Assembly (NCBI RefSeq): GCF_000142905.1
Contig: NW_013657665.1
Coordinates: forward strand, 1-64,000
Length of the DNA: 64,000 nucleotides
DNA from: Thecamonas trahens ATCC 50062
Taxonomy: Eukaryota; Protista; Apusomonadida
Direction: 5' to 3'
The position numbers and the translations under genes are program-made. Positions within the stretch are counted from its first letter, which is position 1. Each line of letters starts with the position of its first letter. Shown piece after piece: positions 1 to 12,302 of this stretch. Under the pieces are notes generated by a model. That model was not told the origin of the DNA. It saw only the letters and a program-made list of their open reading frames with translations, and did no database searches.

Positions 1-728
1 ACCACTCCGCCAAAGTGAGTGTCCAGCACCACCCTCATCGGCCTCCCCTTCACCACGTACCCGTCCAGCCGAGGCGCAAGCGGCGCCAACCCTTCCGGCC
101 CAGCCAGCCGATCCCGACGATGCACGGACATCCCCATCTCCGCCCACACCTGCCTCCGCCCGCGGATCCATGTTCCACGAACCCTTGAACGGCGCCACCA
201 CTTGTGCTCGCAAGTTGCGTCTTGTCCAACACGTTCCCCAATAGCCTTCCGTCGTCGCCGTTCAGTCCGAGTTGCGCTTCTTGCTCGCCAGCCCACGGCC
301 TCGCTCATCATTCCGACGAACATTCCACCGCATGGCACTGGAGCAAACCATCACCCACACACATCCATCATTCCTACAGCAACCATCTCGCCTTATTATT
401 CCACTCCCCTGCATCTCCACAACCATCGATAACCCATCAGTCAACGCCCGCCCTGCTCCCTGTCGGCATTGTCGACCCGCTGCCGACCCGCGAATCGCCT
501 GGCCCCGCTTCGGCCATTTTCACGCCGAGCCACACACACGCACAAGGCACACACCGCAGACCCTAAGGGCCGCAGCACACCCCACGCCGAACCCCCACCC
601 CCACCCCCACCCTTCTCCTTGTCTCTTGCTCCATCCTGTATGTCCTTTTCAGGACAACGGTCCAGGCCTCAGGCCTATGGGGGCCAGCAGGTTCGGGACG
701 GGCCCGCCCCTCGTCGCGGACCGACCGC

Positions 729-3700
729 ATGGCCGGCTCCACCTTGTCGCACAACGGCAAGACCAACAGCAACTCGCCGACATACATGAATGACCTGGCA
801 TCCTCGCTCGGCATTGGTGGTCGCTCCGTCTCGTCTGCCTCCTCCTCCAACGACGCGCCACGCTCTGCCCACCCCGTGCGTCGCTCGGCTGGCTCGGCCA
901 CCCGGACACCCGCTTCGGGCTCACTCTCGGCCACGTCGTCAAGCACCCGCCTGGCGCGAAACTCGTCCGCAGCCTCGGTCGCCACGGGCTCATCCCGTGC
1001 CGGGGGCTTCTCCTCCGAGCGCGAGTCGCAGCTTCTCGTCCTGCTAGAGGACGCATCCTACCTCCGCCGCTCCGAAGGCATCGAGATGCTCCGCTCTATG
1101 CTCCGCGAGGTCGCCGACCAGCCTGAGCACGGCGCTCACTTTGTCTTCTCGCGCCCAAAAGAGCTGTACTCGCTCATCAAAGCACGCCTTTGCGATCCGT
1201 CCTGGAACGTGGCTCACCAGACCACGCTCATGGTCTCCGAGCTTGTCGCCGGCCTTCCGTCGCGCGCCCTGCCGGGCTTTCTCGCCGTCGCCCTCCCGAA
1301 CATTGTCCACAACCTTGGCGACTCCAAGATCCTCATCCGCAAAGAGTCACTCCAGGCGCTCTCCGCGCTTATGCTCGATTCAGCCTACGAGGCTGTTGGC
1401 AAGAACGTCGTCACTGCGCTCGTCCGCCACGGCTTGCTCAACTCGGATCTACGCGTGCGCCTAGAGACCGCGCTCGCCATCCCTGCTCTTGTCGTCGGCT
1501 ACAACCCTGCCATCGATTTTGTCCAGCTCATCCAGGCCCTCATCGGCCGCCTCACCGACGGCTCGGACGACGTCATTGAGGCTGCCGAGCAAGCTCTCTA
1601 CCACCTTCGCCTCGAGCTCAAGTCGGGCTTTGACGCTCACCTCCGCCGACTCACTCCGCAACAGCGCAAGGCCTACACCGACCATCAGGCGCTCTCACTC
1701 CCGCGTGCCCCGCTCGGCTCGGTTGCCTCGCTCAATGCCTCGGGCTCGTCGGTCGAGCTTGCCCCGGCTCCATCCGCCGTTGCCCCACAGCAGCCGCAGC
1801 CCGACGTCTCTTCGCCGCCGGCCACAGCTCCGGCCTCGCCACGACGCCCTGCTACTCCGGACCTTGCATTTGGTCTCGTCCCCGATTCGGTTGTCGCTGC
1901 CCTTGAAAACGTCGACGACTGGCAGACCCGTGCCTCGGCGCTCGAGCAGCTGAAACACGCGCTTGCCAACGTCGCCGACGTCACCACCCTGCTCCCGCAT
2001 CTGGGCCCGCTAATCCGCGTCCTCACCGGCCCGCTCCTGCACGACGCCAATTTTACCATTGCACTCACCACTCTCGAGTCGCTCTCCGAATTGGTGCATC
2101 GGGCCGGCTTTCACATCAACACCCATGTCCCGGGTGTCCTCGTCTCGCTCTTCAACAAGCTCGGCGACTCCAAGCTCGTCATCCGCACCACTGTCATGGC
2201 CATCATGATGCGGCTCATGGCCATCGTCACGCCCAAGCCCATCCTTGCCTACCTCCTCAAGCAGCTCGACCACAAGTCATGGCGCGTCCGCTGCGACATC
2301 GTCGACATTGTCATTGCCGCCATGCTCACCTTTTCCGACTACACCTTTGACTTTCGCGTCCTTGTCAACTCGCTCGCCAAGCTCCTGGCTGACCCGCACG
2401 AGCGCGTCGCTGTCCTCACTCTCGAGGCTTTTGCTCTCATGGAGTCTCGGACCCGTGGCAACGAAATACTGCGCATGCTTACCACCAAGGCCGACGCTGC
2501 CACCCTTCACGCCGTCCAGGACCGCTGCATGGCCCCGGCCGACAAGCTCGCAGTCCTTGGTCGCAACGGTCTTCCGCAGCTGCCCTTCCTTGCGCCCTCG
2601 CCCGAGGCCGCTGACATGCGCCCGCGCCGCGTCCGCTCCGCCAAGGTCGCCCGGCCGGGCTCGGTTTCTCGCGCCCCGCTCGCTATCCACCCCCACGACT
2701 CATCAGCGACTCGTCCGGCGGTCGAGCGCATCTCGCCGGAGACCACCGCTGACACTGCAGCGTCGCAGCCTCCACGCCGCCGCCGTATCTCGTCAGCTCC
2801 GCGCGAGCGCACGCTCCGGCCTAAGACCCCACGCCGATTGCCGTGGGAGATGGGCTCGCGCTCGCGCTCACAGACCCGCGCCGCCACCGAAAAGTCATCG
2901 TCCTCGCCCAAGCCCGACCCGGGCTCCCACCGCCCTCGCCCGGCCTCGGTCTCGCGCCAAGGCTCGGTTCCGGCTGCCATGCCTTGGTCCGAGAACTATC
3001 CGCGCCGCAGAGTCTCGGGCTCGGTCGCCCAGCCTGTGCCGTCGCTCTCTGCATCGATTGGTCCAGGCGTGACCGTCGGTCGCACTGCGTCGCGCCGTCG
3101 CGTTGGCGACGCCGCCTGGGACGCCTTTGTCCGCCACTCGTCGCTCTCTTCGGCTGCGCCTGTCCGATCCGCCTCCTTTCACTCGAGCAGCGCAGGACCG
3201 CTGGCGCCGTCGCGCTCGCCAGACGCCTCGCCGGCAGCCTCACCGCCGCCGGCCTCCCGCAATCGCCCTCGCCACTTTTCGCCGCCACCGTCGTCGGCGC
3301 CGTCGTCCTCGGCCTCCAACCCGTTCTCCGCCCCGACACAACCGGTGAACGTTGGTTTGGCCAGTCCGTCGCCGGCCGCCTCCACTCCGCCGGCTCGCGT
3401 CTACGCACCGGACTTTGAGTACGAGCACGAGACGTCCAACGCCGACGACTTGAGCGCCACCTTTGACACGGGCTACAACTCCACCTTTGACGCCGACAAC
3501 TACGCCACCCGCCCTACCAACGACAGCTCTCTCCCCTCCGTCTCTGAAGACGACGGTGACGACGATGGCGACACTCTGTCTACTAACGCCTTTGGTGACG
3601 GTGTCGACGACGGTGATGACGACGACAGCTACACCTACACCGACGATGACAGCTCTGGCGACGCCGGCTACAATCCCGCCCGCTATGCAGAGCCGGACAG

Positions 3701-4609
3701 CCCCATCTCGCTCTATCCGTGCAACAACTGCGGCCGCAAGTTCAATGCTCAGTCGCTCGCCCGCCACGAGAAGGTCTGCCAGTCAGTCTTCTCCACCAAG
3801 CGCAAGGTCTTTAACGCCACTGGCGGCAACCCGCGCCCGGCGAGCTCGCGGCCAACAACGCAGCCGTCCCGCGGCCCGGCGCCGGCCCGCGAAGATCCGC
3901 ACCCAGCGCCGGCCTCGCCGCAGCAGCCGCGCCAGCGCCAACGCCAGCGCCAACCGGCTCCCGAGACTCGCAGCCCGCCCGAGCCCGCTCGCCCGCTCGC
4001 CACCCCTGCCACAACCGCCCACGACGAGCGGCCTGTCGCCGCCGCCAAGCCTCAGGGCACGCCCGCAAGTGGCCTCGACCCGGAAGCCTATGCTCCTCCG
4101 CCGCCAGCCGACCAGCTGCAGGCGTGCAGCATCTGCGGACGGACCTTTGCGCCGCACCGCATCGAGAAGCACGAGACTGCGTGCCGCAAGGCGTCCAAGG
4201 CCCGCAAGCCGCTCTCCGGCACCAAGGTCCGCCTCGCCGGCACCGAAGCGGCCCGCTTCTACAAGAGCGACGCCGCGACCTCCTCGCCGCCGAAAAGTCC
4301 ACAAAGTGGCGCGAGCAGCACGCCGAGTTCATCGCCCTTGTCCGCAATGCCAAGGAGGTGACCGCCTTTGAAAAGGCCGGCGGCAAGTTGTCGGACCTGC
4401 CGCCGCCGTCGCCCTCGTCCTCGTCCTCCTCGCTCGTCCCCTGCCCGCATTGCACCCGCAAGTTCTCGCGCCAGGCCGCCGAGCGCCACATCCCTATCTG
4501 CGCCAACAACGAGAACAAGCCGCGCCCGCCGCCCAAGACCAATCGCTACGCCGACATTGCCCGCAACCGCAACCGCCCTCTCAACCGCAGGCCTAAGACC
4601 ATCACATAG
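729..4609 (+). CDS. TOG-domain (crescerin/TOGARAM-like) protein with three C-terminal C2HC zinc fingers (ZC2HC1-like); one frameshift at ~4293-4296
   Basis: Two HEAT/TOG arrays (RLCDPSWNVAHQ...NLGDSKILIRKE; DWQTRASALEQL...KLGDSKLVIR...HKSWRVR). CxxC..H...C fingers CNNCGRKF..RHEKVC and CSICGRTF..KHETAC lie in ORF 729-4361. KWREQHAEFI..CPHCTRKF..RHIPIC lies in ORF 4124-4609. Adding one A at 4293-4296 joins the frames (PKKSTKW). Confidence 0.75.
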
Positions 4610-4722
4610 CCCCTGGCGCGGCGCCCGCGCTCCGCTTGCCGCCTCACGCCGAAAAACGAGCCTTGTCACTTTTCCGTTTGTCTTCTTCTTTGTTTGGTAA
4701 CCGGAAACGGGTTTAGGTAATT

Positions 4723-4821
4723 NNNNNNNNNNNNNNNNNNNNNNNNNNNNNNNNNNNNNNNNNNNNNNNNNNNNNNNNNNNNNNNNNNNNNNNNNNNNNN
4801 NNNNNNNNNNNNNNNNNNNNN
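4723..4821. other. Assembly gap (N run); other gaps at 13865-14163, 24780-24879 and 41866-41964
   Basis: Runs of n, each flanked by homopolymers or microsatellites. Confidence 0.99.
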
Positions 4822-4930
4822 NTTTTTTTTTTTTTCCCGCCCTTGCCACTGTCCTCCCCCCCCCCCCCCCCCGCCCCCTGTGGACACCGCCTGCCTCCAG
4901 TCGCCGAGAGCCCACTCGTCCGCCGCCGTC

Positions 4931-5830
4931 ATGGACCCCGAGCCCGGACTCGCAGCCCGCGTTGCTCTCCTCGAGTCACACGTCGCCGCCCTCACCGCCG
5001 CCGTCGCTGCGCTTCAAGCCGAGCGTGCCCGTCCTGTGCCCACCAGCGAGTCGCCGACCGCCCCGCCGCCGCACGCCACACTCTCTCCCAGCCTCGATAT
5101 CCAAGCTCGACACGCTAGGCCACAATCGCCTCTCGCTCCGCCGCTCGTCACATTCTCGGGCTTTGGTGATGACGCGGACCGCCTTGCCACTCTTCGCGAT
5201 GTGGTGCTGAAGCTCGGAGGCCGAGTCAAGGCCAACCCGCAGGAGTTTGACGCCGCTATCACACACGTGGTTGCGCTGCCCGGTGCACGAACGCTCAAGC
5301 TTCTTGCTGCGGGCCTCACAGGCCGCTGGATCATGCGGCCCGAGTGGCTGACGGCGTCGGCGGCCGAGTCGGGCTTTGTCGACGAGGCCGGCTACGGCGC
5401 CCGATTTCCCGTCGAGGACAACCCGTTTCGCGGCCGACGCCTCTACCTCGCCGACGCCTTTGTGGCCTCGATCTCCAAGACCAAGCTCGCCAACTTTACC
5501 AAACTCGCCTTTAAGCTCGGCCGCGCTGTGCGTGTCGACAGTGAGGCTGCCGCAGACATTGTCGTCGTCCCACCGCTGCCGGCGGGCGCTGATCCGCATC
5601 AGCGGCCGGTCCACCACCGGACTTGGCACGAGCTCATACACGCCATTCCCTCGTGTCCACCAGATGACGGGACAGAGTCTGGCCACGTTGACAAGCCCAG
5701 CCGCCTCCCGCCAGCGACGTCACCAATGGTCGTTCCCCGCGCTCGCGTCGCGCCGAGCGTCATTCCGCGCAAGCGCAGCCCGTCAGATGCAGTCCAGCGC
5801 GAGGTCAAGCGCCACAAGGCCAAAGCCTGA
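4931..5830 (+). CDS. BRCT-domain protein with short N-terminal coiled coil
   Basis: VTFSGF...LGGRV...ITHVVA..ARTLKLLAAGLTGRWIMRPEWL is a BRCT signature; a second degenerate BRCT follows. ATG at 4931. Confidence 0.75.
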   Translation: MDPEPGLAARVALLESHVAALTAAVAALQAERARPVPTSESPTAPPPHATLSPSLDIQARHARPQSPLAPPLVTFSGFGDDADRLATLRDVVLKLGGRVKANPQEFDAAITHVVALPGARTLKLLAAGLTGRWIMRPEWLTASAAESGFVDEAGYGARFPVEDNPFRGRRLYLADAFVASISKTKLANFTKLAFKLGRAVRVDSEAAADIVVVPPLPAGADPHQRPVHHRTWHELIHAIPSCPPDDGTESGHVDKPSRLPPATSPMVVPRARVAPSVIPRKRSPSDAVQREVKRHKAKA

Positions 5831-5856
5831 GGCCTTGATGCACCCAGCTGTCCAGT

Positions 5857-7552
5857 CTACGAGGCGGTGGCCTCCTGTGCCTTGCCTTCGTCTGTCTGAC
5901 CGCCGGATGCAGCCTGCTCGGTCTCGGACGCGGTGCTCGCAGCAGCGCTCGCAGCCTCGCTCGCGGCCTTGGCATTGATGTTGGCGGTGGCCTTGGCCAC
6001 AGCCTTGGCCGCCGCCTTGGCTACCGCACGATCCGACATGGCGATGGGCTGCGGCTCAGCCGAGTAGTCCACCGGCTCGAGCGTAGCCTTCATGCCGGCG
6101 TTCCAGCGGTGCGCGTGCCGGCGGTACCAAGTCCGCCCGTCCGAGTGGGTAACGGGGCACTCTGTGGCAGGCAGCGGGCAGGTGAGCTCGTGCTGGACGA
6201 GATCGCTCACCCGCTCGACAACAGCAGCCATCTCGTCGACGGTCCGTGACTTGCCGAGCATCGGACGGAGCTCGGGCCAGGAGGTCATGGCGGTGTGGAG
6301 AAACTTGAAGATGTGGCCACGGGTGACCTTGTTGACATAGGGCGGGTAGTCGCGCGCTAGTGCCAGGTACTCGCGCGAGATCTTGAGCTGGTTGGCAATC
6401 GAGAACGGCACGTTGGCAAAGATGTCTGGCCGCTCAAGAATGGCCTCGGAGAGCATGACGCCGTCGACGCACGTCGCACGCATGCACTCGTCAATGTCTT
6501 CAAAGCACTCGATACCGCCGTTGGCAAACACGGGAATGTCGACCGCCTCCTTGATCGCCTTGATAGCGCCCCAGTCGCACGGCCCGATCAGGTCCTTCTT
6601 CATCCGCCGCGTCCGTCCGTGGACCGTCAGGATCGAGCACCCCGCGTCCTGCAGCGCAAGGCAGAGCGCAATCGTATCGTCCACCCCCGACTCGAGAACA
6701 CGGATCTTGCATGTGACAGGCACGGTCAGTCCGCGCGCAAGCGTGTCCACCATCTCTACAAGCAGCTCCGTCTCCTCCAGCAGGAACGCGCCGTAGTGGC
6801 CGCGCCGCGCGATGTTCTGCGGGCAGCCGAGGTTGATGTCGACCCCGGCCACGCGGTCCTGTACATCCAGTGCGGCCTCAAGCAGGATCTTGGGGTCGTT
6901 GCCGCAAAACTGTGCCAGTAGCGGCTCGTCACCCGGCGCCACCCGCAAGTTCTTCTCGCGGTACTCTTCCGACCGCACCCACACCGCCGAGTTGAGCATC
7001 GGCGTTACACACAGCTCTGCTCCATACCGCCGCGTGAGGAGGCGAAACGCCAGCTCGGAAGCATTGACCTGCTCTCAGCCCCATCGTCCAAGTTGCCATC
7101 GCCATTGCCGCCATCGCCATCGCCCGTCGCCATCGCCCCCGTCGCCATCGCCCCCATCGCCATCACATCCATGAGTCCCGCTCCCTCGGCCTCGCAAGCC
7201 AACGACGCCGCCCTGCCTCGGCGCTCCCTACCTTTATACACCACGCCCCGTCACCCATACTCGCACACAACACATGTGCTCCTCCCTCTGACATGTACAC
7301 CGGCTACAGCAACCGCGAGCCTCTTATTTCACTCCCTACGCCCGAGGGGGATCATACGAGTCCATGCGCTCGCCGCCGGTTGGATGGCATCGCCCTTCCG
7401 CTCACCACCCACCGCACACTCATGCAGCCAAGCCGCCCCGCCTGCAACACTCACACCATCACCTCCATGCATACCATAGGTGCTACAATGTACTTGGGCG
7501 AGCCGAGTGAACGGTAGAACTTCCACGCCGAGGCGATGTGCGACGATGACAT
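5857..7552 (-). CDS. DUS1: tRNA-dihydrouridine(16/17) synthase; exons 7552-7475 and 7068-5857
   Basis: Exon 1 MSSSHIASAWKFYRSLGSPKYIVAPM ends at a GTATGC donor. Exon 2 follows CAG and reads VNASELAFRLL...DINLGCPQ..A..GHYGAFL...TVHGRT...ANGGI. Confidence 0.92.
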
Positions 7553-8267
7553 CGTGGTCAGATTCAAGAGAGGTGGATAATGCCAATCACAACGAACTCA
7601 CGTGTCATGGATTAGCCGCGAGTGAGCAGAGAACACGCCCTCATGTAGAGTCTGATCTGGCTGTGGTACTGCATGGGCATGGCGTCGGTGTGTCGTTTAC
7701 GCGCAACAAGAAGATGTGGTCCGATATGGCGTGCTCATTATCCCGTGAGAAAGACATCCATGTCGTCAAAGTCCGGCCGGAGAGAATCAGCGATCAATGC
7801 ACAACGAGCTGTTCGAGTGCATGTCCTGGCGGGGCCACTCTCCTCGCACCCACACACATGCAAACCATGTTCGATCGATAGATAATGCACATCTATCTTG
7901 GCTATCACACTCCAAGCCACCATCGCACTCGACATCACTCCCTCCCTACAAAGATCTAGCCTTTCCAGAGCTCAAACAACAACGCATGCAACTCTGGACG
8001 GCCTTCCCAGCACCTCCTACCCAGCCCATAACGGCTCATCAACTGTTCTTCTGCTCCATCAACACTTCCAAACTCCCACCCATACTCGAATCACTTGGTC
8101 TCAGCCAGTTCTTGACCTGCGTGTCTGCCATCGGCCTGTCGCATCTGCCGACGTGTCGACCAGCCGACCTCCCGACCTGGCCGCCCGCCCCCGGTCGGTC
8201 ACGCGCCGGTCCCTCCGCCACCACCCACCGCCCCTTCCTTCTCCCACCTGACGCAGACAGACCCAAC

Positions 8268-10095
8268 ATGTCGTCACTCACCGTTGTACTCAAGCGGGTA
8301 GACCGCATTTACCGTCCTGGTGTACGTAACGGGAGCTGGGAGAGCATGCCGTTGCCAGGGGACAGTCGAGGCCATGTAGTCTTGGCCATTGTCTTGGCGG
8401 CCACCCACAACACCAGCAAGGACGACCATGCCACTATACAGCAGCAGCATGATAGCATATAGCTGCGACGACATGGTATAGCAGCGAATGCTTAGCTAAC
8501 TCCCCGTAGCCATGCTGTGCGCATGCGCATGCACATGCACATCCTGAGCAGCGCTGGCTGTAGGTGGTGGTCTGGGTGTGCACGGGTGTGGAGACCGTAC
8601 AACTCACATCGACAGGCAACGACGTGTGGTGTGGGTGGATGCTTGTTGTCATGAACACATGCTTATATGCGGGTGTGGTTGTGTAGGACATGGTGGAGGG
8701 CGTGGTGGTGGTCGAGTCGGGCTCTCCTGTCTCCCATCAGGGCATCAACCTTACCTGCACAGGTATGGTCACCATGCAGCTGTCGGCCAAGTCAGTTGGC
8801 CTCTTCGAGAGCTTCTACAACTCGCTCAAGGTACGTAGTGACCGTAGCTGTTGGTGTGGTTGGTATGGTTGGCAAGAGCGGGGAGGGACTCACAGTGATG
8901 ACGGTGGGGGTGACGAGCCAGCCGCAAACCCTGCTCAACGTGGAGATCGAGGTCGCCAAGGCCGGCAAGCTGCCCAAGGGCCGGACGGAGCTGCCGTTTG
9001 CCTTTGAGCTCACGCCGGCAGAGGGCGCCCAGCTGTACGAGACGTACCACGGCGTGTTCATCAACATCTCGTACTCTTGCGGTATGTTATAGGGAAGATT
9101 GGAGCGAGACAGGGGCGCGAGATGTGTGGTCGTATCGATAGAGTGAGTGAGAGAGTGAGAGGGGAACTCACACGTAGAGATGCACAGAGTGCGTGCTCGC
9201 GCGCAAGGCGCTCTCGCGGAACCTCAGCCACAAGGTCGAGTGGCTAGTGCAGGGCGAGGGTGTGCCGATGCCGGATCCGTCGCCGATTCCGTTCAAGATC
9301 ACACCCGACACGCTGGAGAATGTCAAGAAGCGCGACCGCGGCTCGGTTCCTGAGTTTTGCATCACCGGCAGCATTGACTCGTCGGTCATGTCGCTCACCC
9401 GGCCGCTCACCGGCGACATTGTTGTCGAAAAGTGCTCGGTGCCCATCCAGAGCGTCGAGCTGCAGCTGGTCCGCGTCGAGACTTGCGGCTGTGCCGATGG
9501 GTTTGCCAAGGAGGCCACCGGTAGGTGCCGCGACTTGGGGGGACGGGGAATGAGGGGGAGGTGGCGTCGGTGTGGGAGCGAGGAAGCTGGGAGCCCGCAT
9601 GTACAGTAGAACTCACCATGGACGGGCGATGATGACGGTCGGCGATGGTTGCGTGGCGTTGTGCGAGCAGAGGTCCAAAACATTCAGATCGGCGACGGCA
9701 ATGTCTGCCGCGGCCTTGCGATCCCGCTGGTTATGGTACGTGGTGAGCGCGCGCGCGCGTGTGTGTGTGAGTGTATGTGTGTGTGTGTGTGTGTGTGTCA
9801 CGATCATCAAGCAACTCACAATGCCTTACGATGGTAACAGATCTTCCCGCGGCTGTTTAGCTGCCCGACTGTGGCGTCGCGCAACTTCAAGGTACGTTGT
9901 CTGACGAGCAAGAGCAACTGCCCATAGCCCTCTCCTCGTTCCCTCTCTGCCGACTCACACCTCACCCTCCTTGCACAGATCGAGTTTGAAATCAATCTCG
10001 TGGTCCTCCTCGAGGGCGGCTACCTCGTCACCGAGAACTTCCCCATCCGATTGATCCGCGCCAAGGACGACCCCAACGGCGGCGTCATTGCCTGA
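8268..10095 (+). CDS. VPS26C: Retriever subunit VPS26C/DSCR3; 7 exons (8268-8321, 8687-8830, 8922-9081, 9188-9520, 9671-9735, 9841-9891, 9979-10095)
   Basis: Spliced product contains LSAKSVGLFESFYNS, LYETYHGVFINISY, SVELQLVRVETCGCADGFAKEATEVQNIQIGDG, IFPRLFSCPT and ENFPIRL. All junctions are GT-AG and keep the frame. Confidence 0.92.
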
Positions 10096-10285
10096 TCTAG
10101 CCCAGCCCAAGCCCCACCCACCGAACGGTGTGCGGCCAGGTCGACACGACTGCTCCCTCGGCGCTTAAACCGCTGCGTCCGAATGACTGTACCGTAAAGG
10201 GTTAAACCCCCTTTGCTCCACCACCCCTCACTCCCCACCCCCACCTAGCTCTACCACCCCTCTCTTACGCCACTCTCTACCTTCT

Positions 10286-11074
10286 ATGCTCCGTGCTGCA
10301 CGTATGGCGCTCACATCCACGCCTGGGATGCTCACAGCAAGCATGGCGACCATTCGAGTGGGCGAGTCGCGGGCGACCGAGGCCACCAGCGCAGTAGCGC
10401 GGCCGGCCGATGCCGACGCTGCCGCAAACGTGTTTGCATCGGTCAAGTGCGTGGCCTTTGACGTCGACTCGACAGTCTCCACCGAGGAGGGTATCGATGT
10501 GCTGGCTGCGGCGCTCGGCAAGGGCGATGAGGTGGCCGCTTGGACGAACAAGGCCATGGGCGGCGACGTCACTTTCCAAGAGGCCATCAAGGCGCGACTG
10601 GACATCCTCAAGCCGACCAAGGGCGCCATCGACAACCTGGTTAAGACATCGCCCATTCCAATCACTCCCGAGATGCCCGAGCTTATTGCTGCGCTCCAGG
10701 CTCGCGGCACAGCGGTGGTCTTTGTCTCGGGCGGTCTGCTCCCGCTCGTCCGCCCGGTCGCCGACGCGCTCAACGTCGACGATGTCTTTGCTATCGATCT
10801 GTACTTTGACGACCTCGGCGGCTTCCTCGACTTTGACCGTCGCGCGCCGACGGCTCGGACCAACGGCAAGGCGGACGTCCTCCACGCCCTTCGCTCCATC
10901 CACGGTTCGGTCGCCATGGTCGGCGACGGGGTGACTGATCTCGAGGCCGCGTGCGAGGCCGATGTCATGGTTGGCTTTGGCGCCAACGTCGTCCGCGAGC
11001 CGGTCAAGTCTGGCTGCGACTGGTGGGTGACTTCGGCCCGCGAGCTCATCGACGCTCTGAGCAAGAGCGAGTAA
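10286..11074 (+). CDS. PSPH: Phosphoserine phosphatase (HAD family)
   Basis: FDVDSTV..EEGID, AMGG.VTF, VSGG, GKA and MVGDGVTDLEA motifs. Exact start codon uncertain. Confidence 0.9.
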   Translation: MLRAARMALTSTPGMLTASMATIRVGESRATEATSAVARPADADAAANVFASVKCVAFDVDSTVSTEEGIDVLAAALGKGDEVAAWTNKAMGGDVTFQEAIKARLDILKPTKGAIDNLVKTSPIPITPEMPELIAALQARGTAVVFVSGGLLPLVRPVADALNVDDVFAIDLYFDDLGGFLDFDRRAPTARTNGKADVLHALRSIHGSVAMVGDGVTDLEAACEADVMVGFGANVVREPVKSGCDWWVTSARELIDALSKSE

Positions 11075-11085
11075 ACGCTAGCTGC

Positions 11086-12153
11086 TCACAGAATGCGGTC
11101 GACAACATGCTCAAATATCCACGGCTCAACGCCGAGCGCTTTGCGCAGCGCGTGCATGCCCAGGAGGCCTGCCGCGAGCGCGGCCTCATCATCGCCGGCT
11201 CCAGTGACGATGCCGCGCTTGCGGAGCGTCGCAAGACGCCGCGCATCAATGTATCCGTCCAGCTGTGGCATGTCGGGAAAGCCGAGCGCGTCGGCGAGCT
11301 CGGCACCGTCAGGGTAGCCGTCAAAAGCAGCGCCGAGCTCGGCAAAGGCCGGCGCGGCGTGGCCCGGCGCAATGGCCAGCGCGTGACCAAACGCCGCGAG
11401 CGCAAAGATGATCCGCCGCGCGAGCGCAACGTTGGCGTACCCTCCTACCACGTCATCTCGGACAAGCCGACTGGGCAGGGCGGCCGCGAGGCCGTCGACC
11501 GCAGCTGCGGCGGTATCTGCCGCAACGTGGCCGATGACCAGCTCGCCGAGCGAGGCCACACCAGCGCGCTCGCAAGCAGAACCAATCTCGCGGCAGAGAT
11601 TCTGCATGGCACAGAGCGCAAACTTGGTTGGAGCGTCGACCTGCTCGTACACACCCGGGCTCACGGCGGTCTCGGCAAACTCGGGAATGCCGTACGCTTG
11701 CGAGAGATCGAGCCGCGAGAGCTGCGCCAGAAAGCCGGCGTCGAGCTCAGGCCGAGTAAGGTACAAGCCCATGAGCCCAAAAGCTGCAACGTCCTCGGCA
11801 TCACGTCCAGAAGCAGCCTCCACGTCAGCCACGTGCTCCGGCTTGAAGGTCAGCGCCGCGGCGAGCGCCACAAAGTTGGCGTGGCTCGCTGCAGACTCAA
11901 ACTTGAGCGGGAACCGCAGCGCGCGTCCCACAATGAGCGGAACACCATCACCAGAATCTGCTTCTGTCCCTGCCCCTGCCATTGCCTCTGCATCTGCGCC
12001 GCCATCGCCGCGCTGCGCCGCCACCACCGCATCAACAGCAGACCGCAGCTCGGCGGCCGTCGCCGTCACCGCCTCGGCATCGACAGTAACGCCGTTGTTC
12101 TCGGCAGTCTCCTGGAGTGACGCCAGCTGATCCGCAAGACTCTGGCTCGTCAT
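11086..12153 (-). CDS. Divergent queuosine-salvage (DUF2419/QNG1-like) protein
   Basis: FPLKF...NFVAL...GRDAEDVAAFGLMGLYL and C-terminal D..RLATLRKRGIV resemble, from recall, the DUF2419 family. Clean ORF with ATG at 12153. Confidence 0.5.
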   Translation of the reverse strand: MTSQSLADQLASLQETAENNGVTVDAEAVTATAAELRSAVDAVVAAQRGDGGADAEAMAGAGTEADSGDGVPLIVGRALRFPLKFESAASHANFVALAAALTFKPEHVADVEAASGRDAEDVAAFGLMGLYLTRPELDAGFLAQLSRLDLSQAYGIPEFAETAVSPGVYEQVDAPTKFALCAMQNLCREIGSACERAGVASLGELVIGHVAADTAAAAVDGLAAALPSRLVRDDVVGGYANVALARRIIFALAAFGHALAIAPGHAAPAFAELGAAFDGYPDGAELADALGFPDMPQLDGYIDARRLATLRKRGIVTGAGDDEAALAAGLLGMHALRKALGVEPWIFEHVVDRIL

Positions 12154-12302
12154 GTAATTGTGTGTGTGTGTGTGTATGGCTGGATACGGGTATCTCTCTC
12201 TCTCTCTATGTGTGTAGGTGGGTGGCGTAAAGTGTGAGGTGTGTGTGCCGGTCGCCGGTCGCCCGGTCGCCGGTCGCAGTCGCCCGGTCACGACTTGCAC
12301 AC

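Noticed and set aside
4297-4306. 10-nt GT...AG micro-intron as an explanation of the frameshift
   Set aside because: Removing GTCCACAAAG gives the wrong frame for the conserved WREQH motif.
10951-12130. Plus-strand ORFs of 389 aa and 240 aa (similarly 16287-17363, 53055-54617, 59274-60335)
   Set aside because: Antisense to well-supported genes; expected with high third-position GC.
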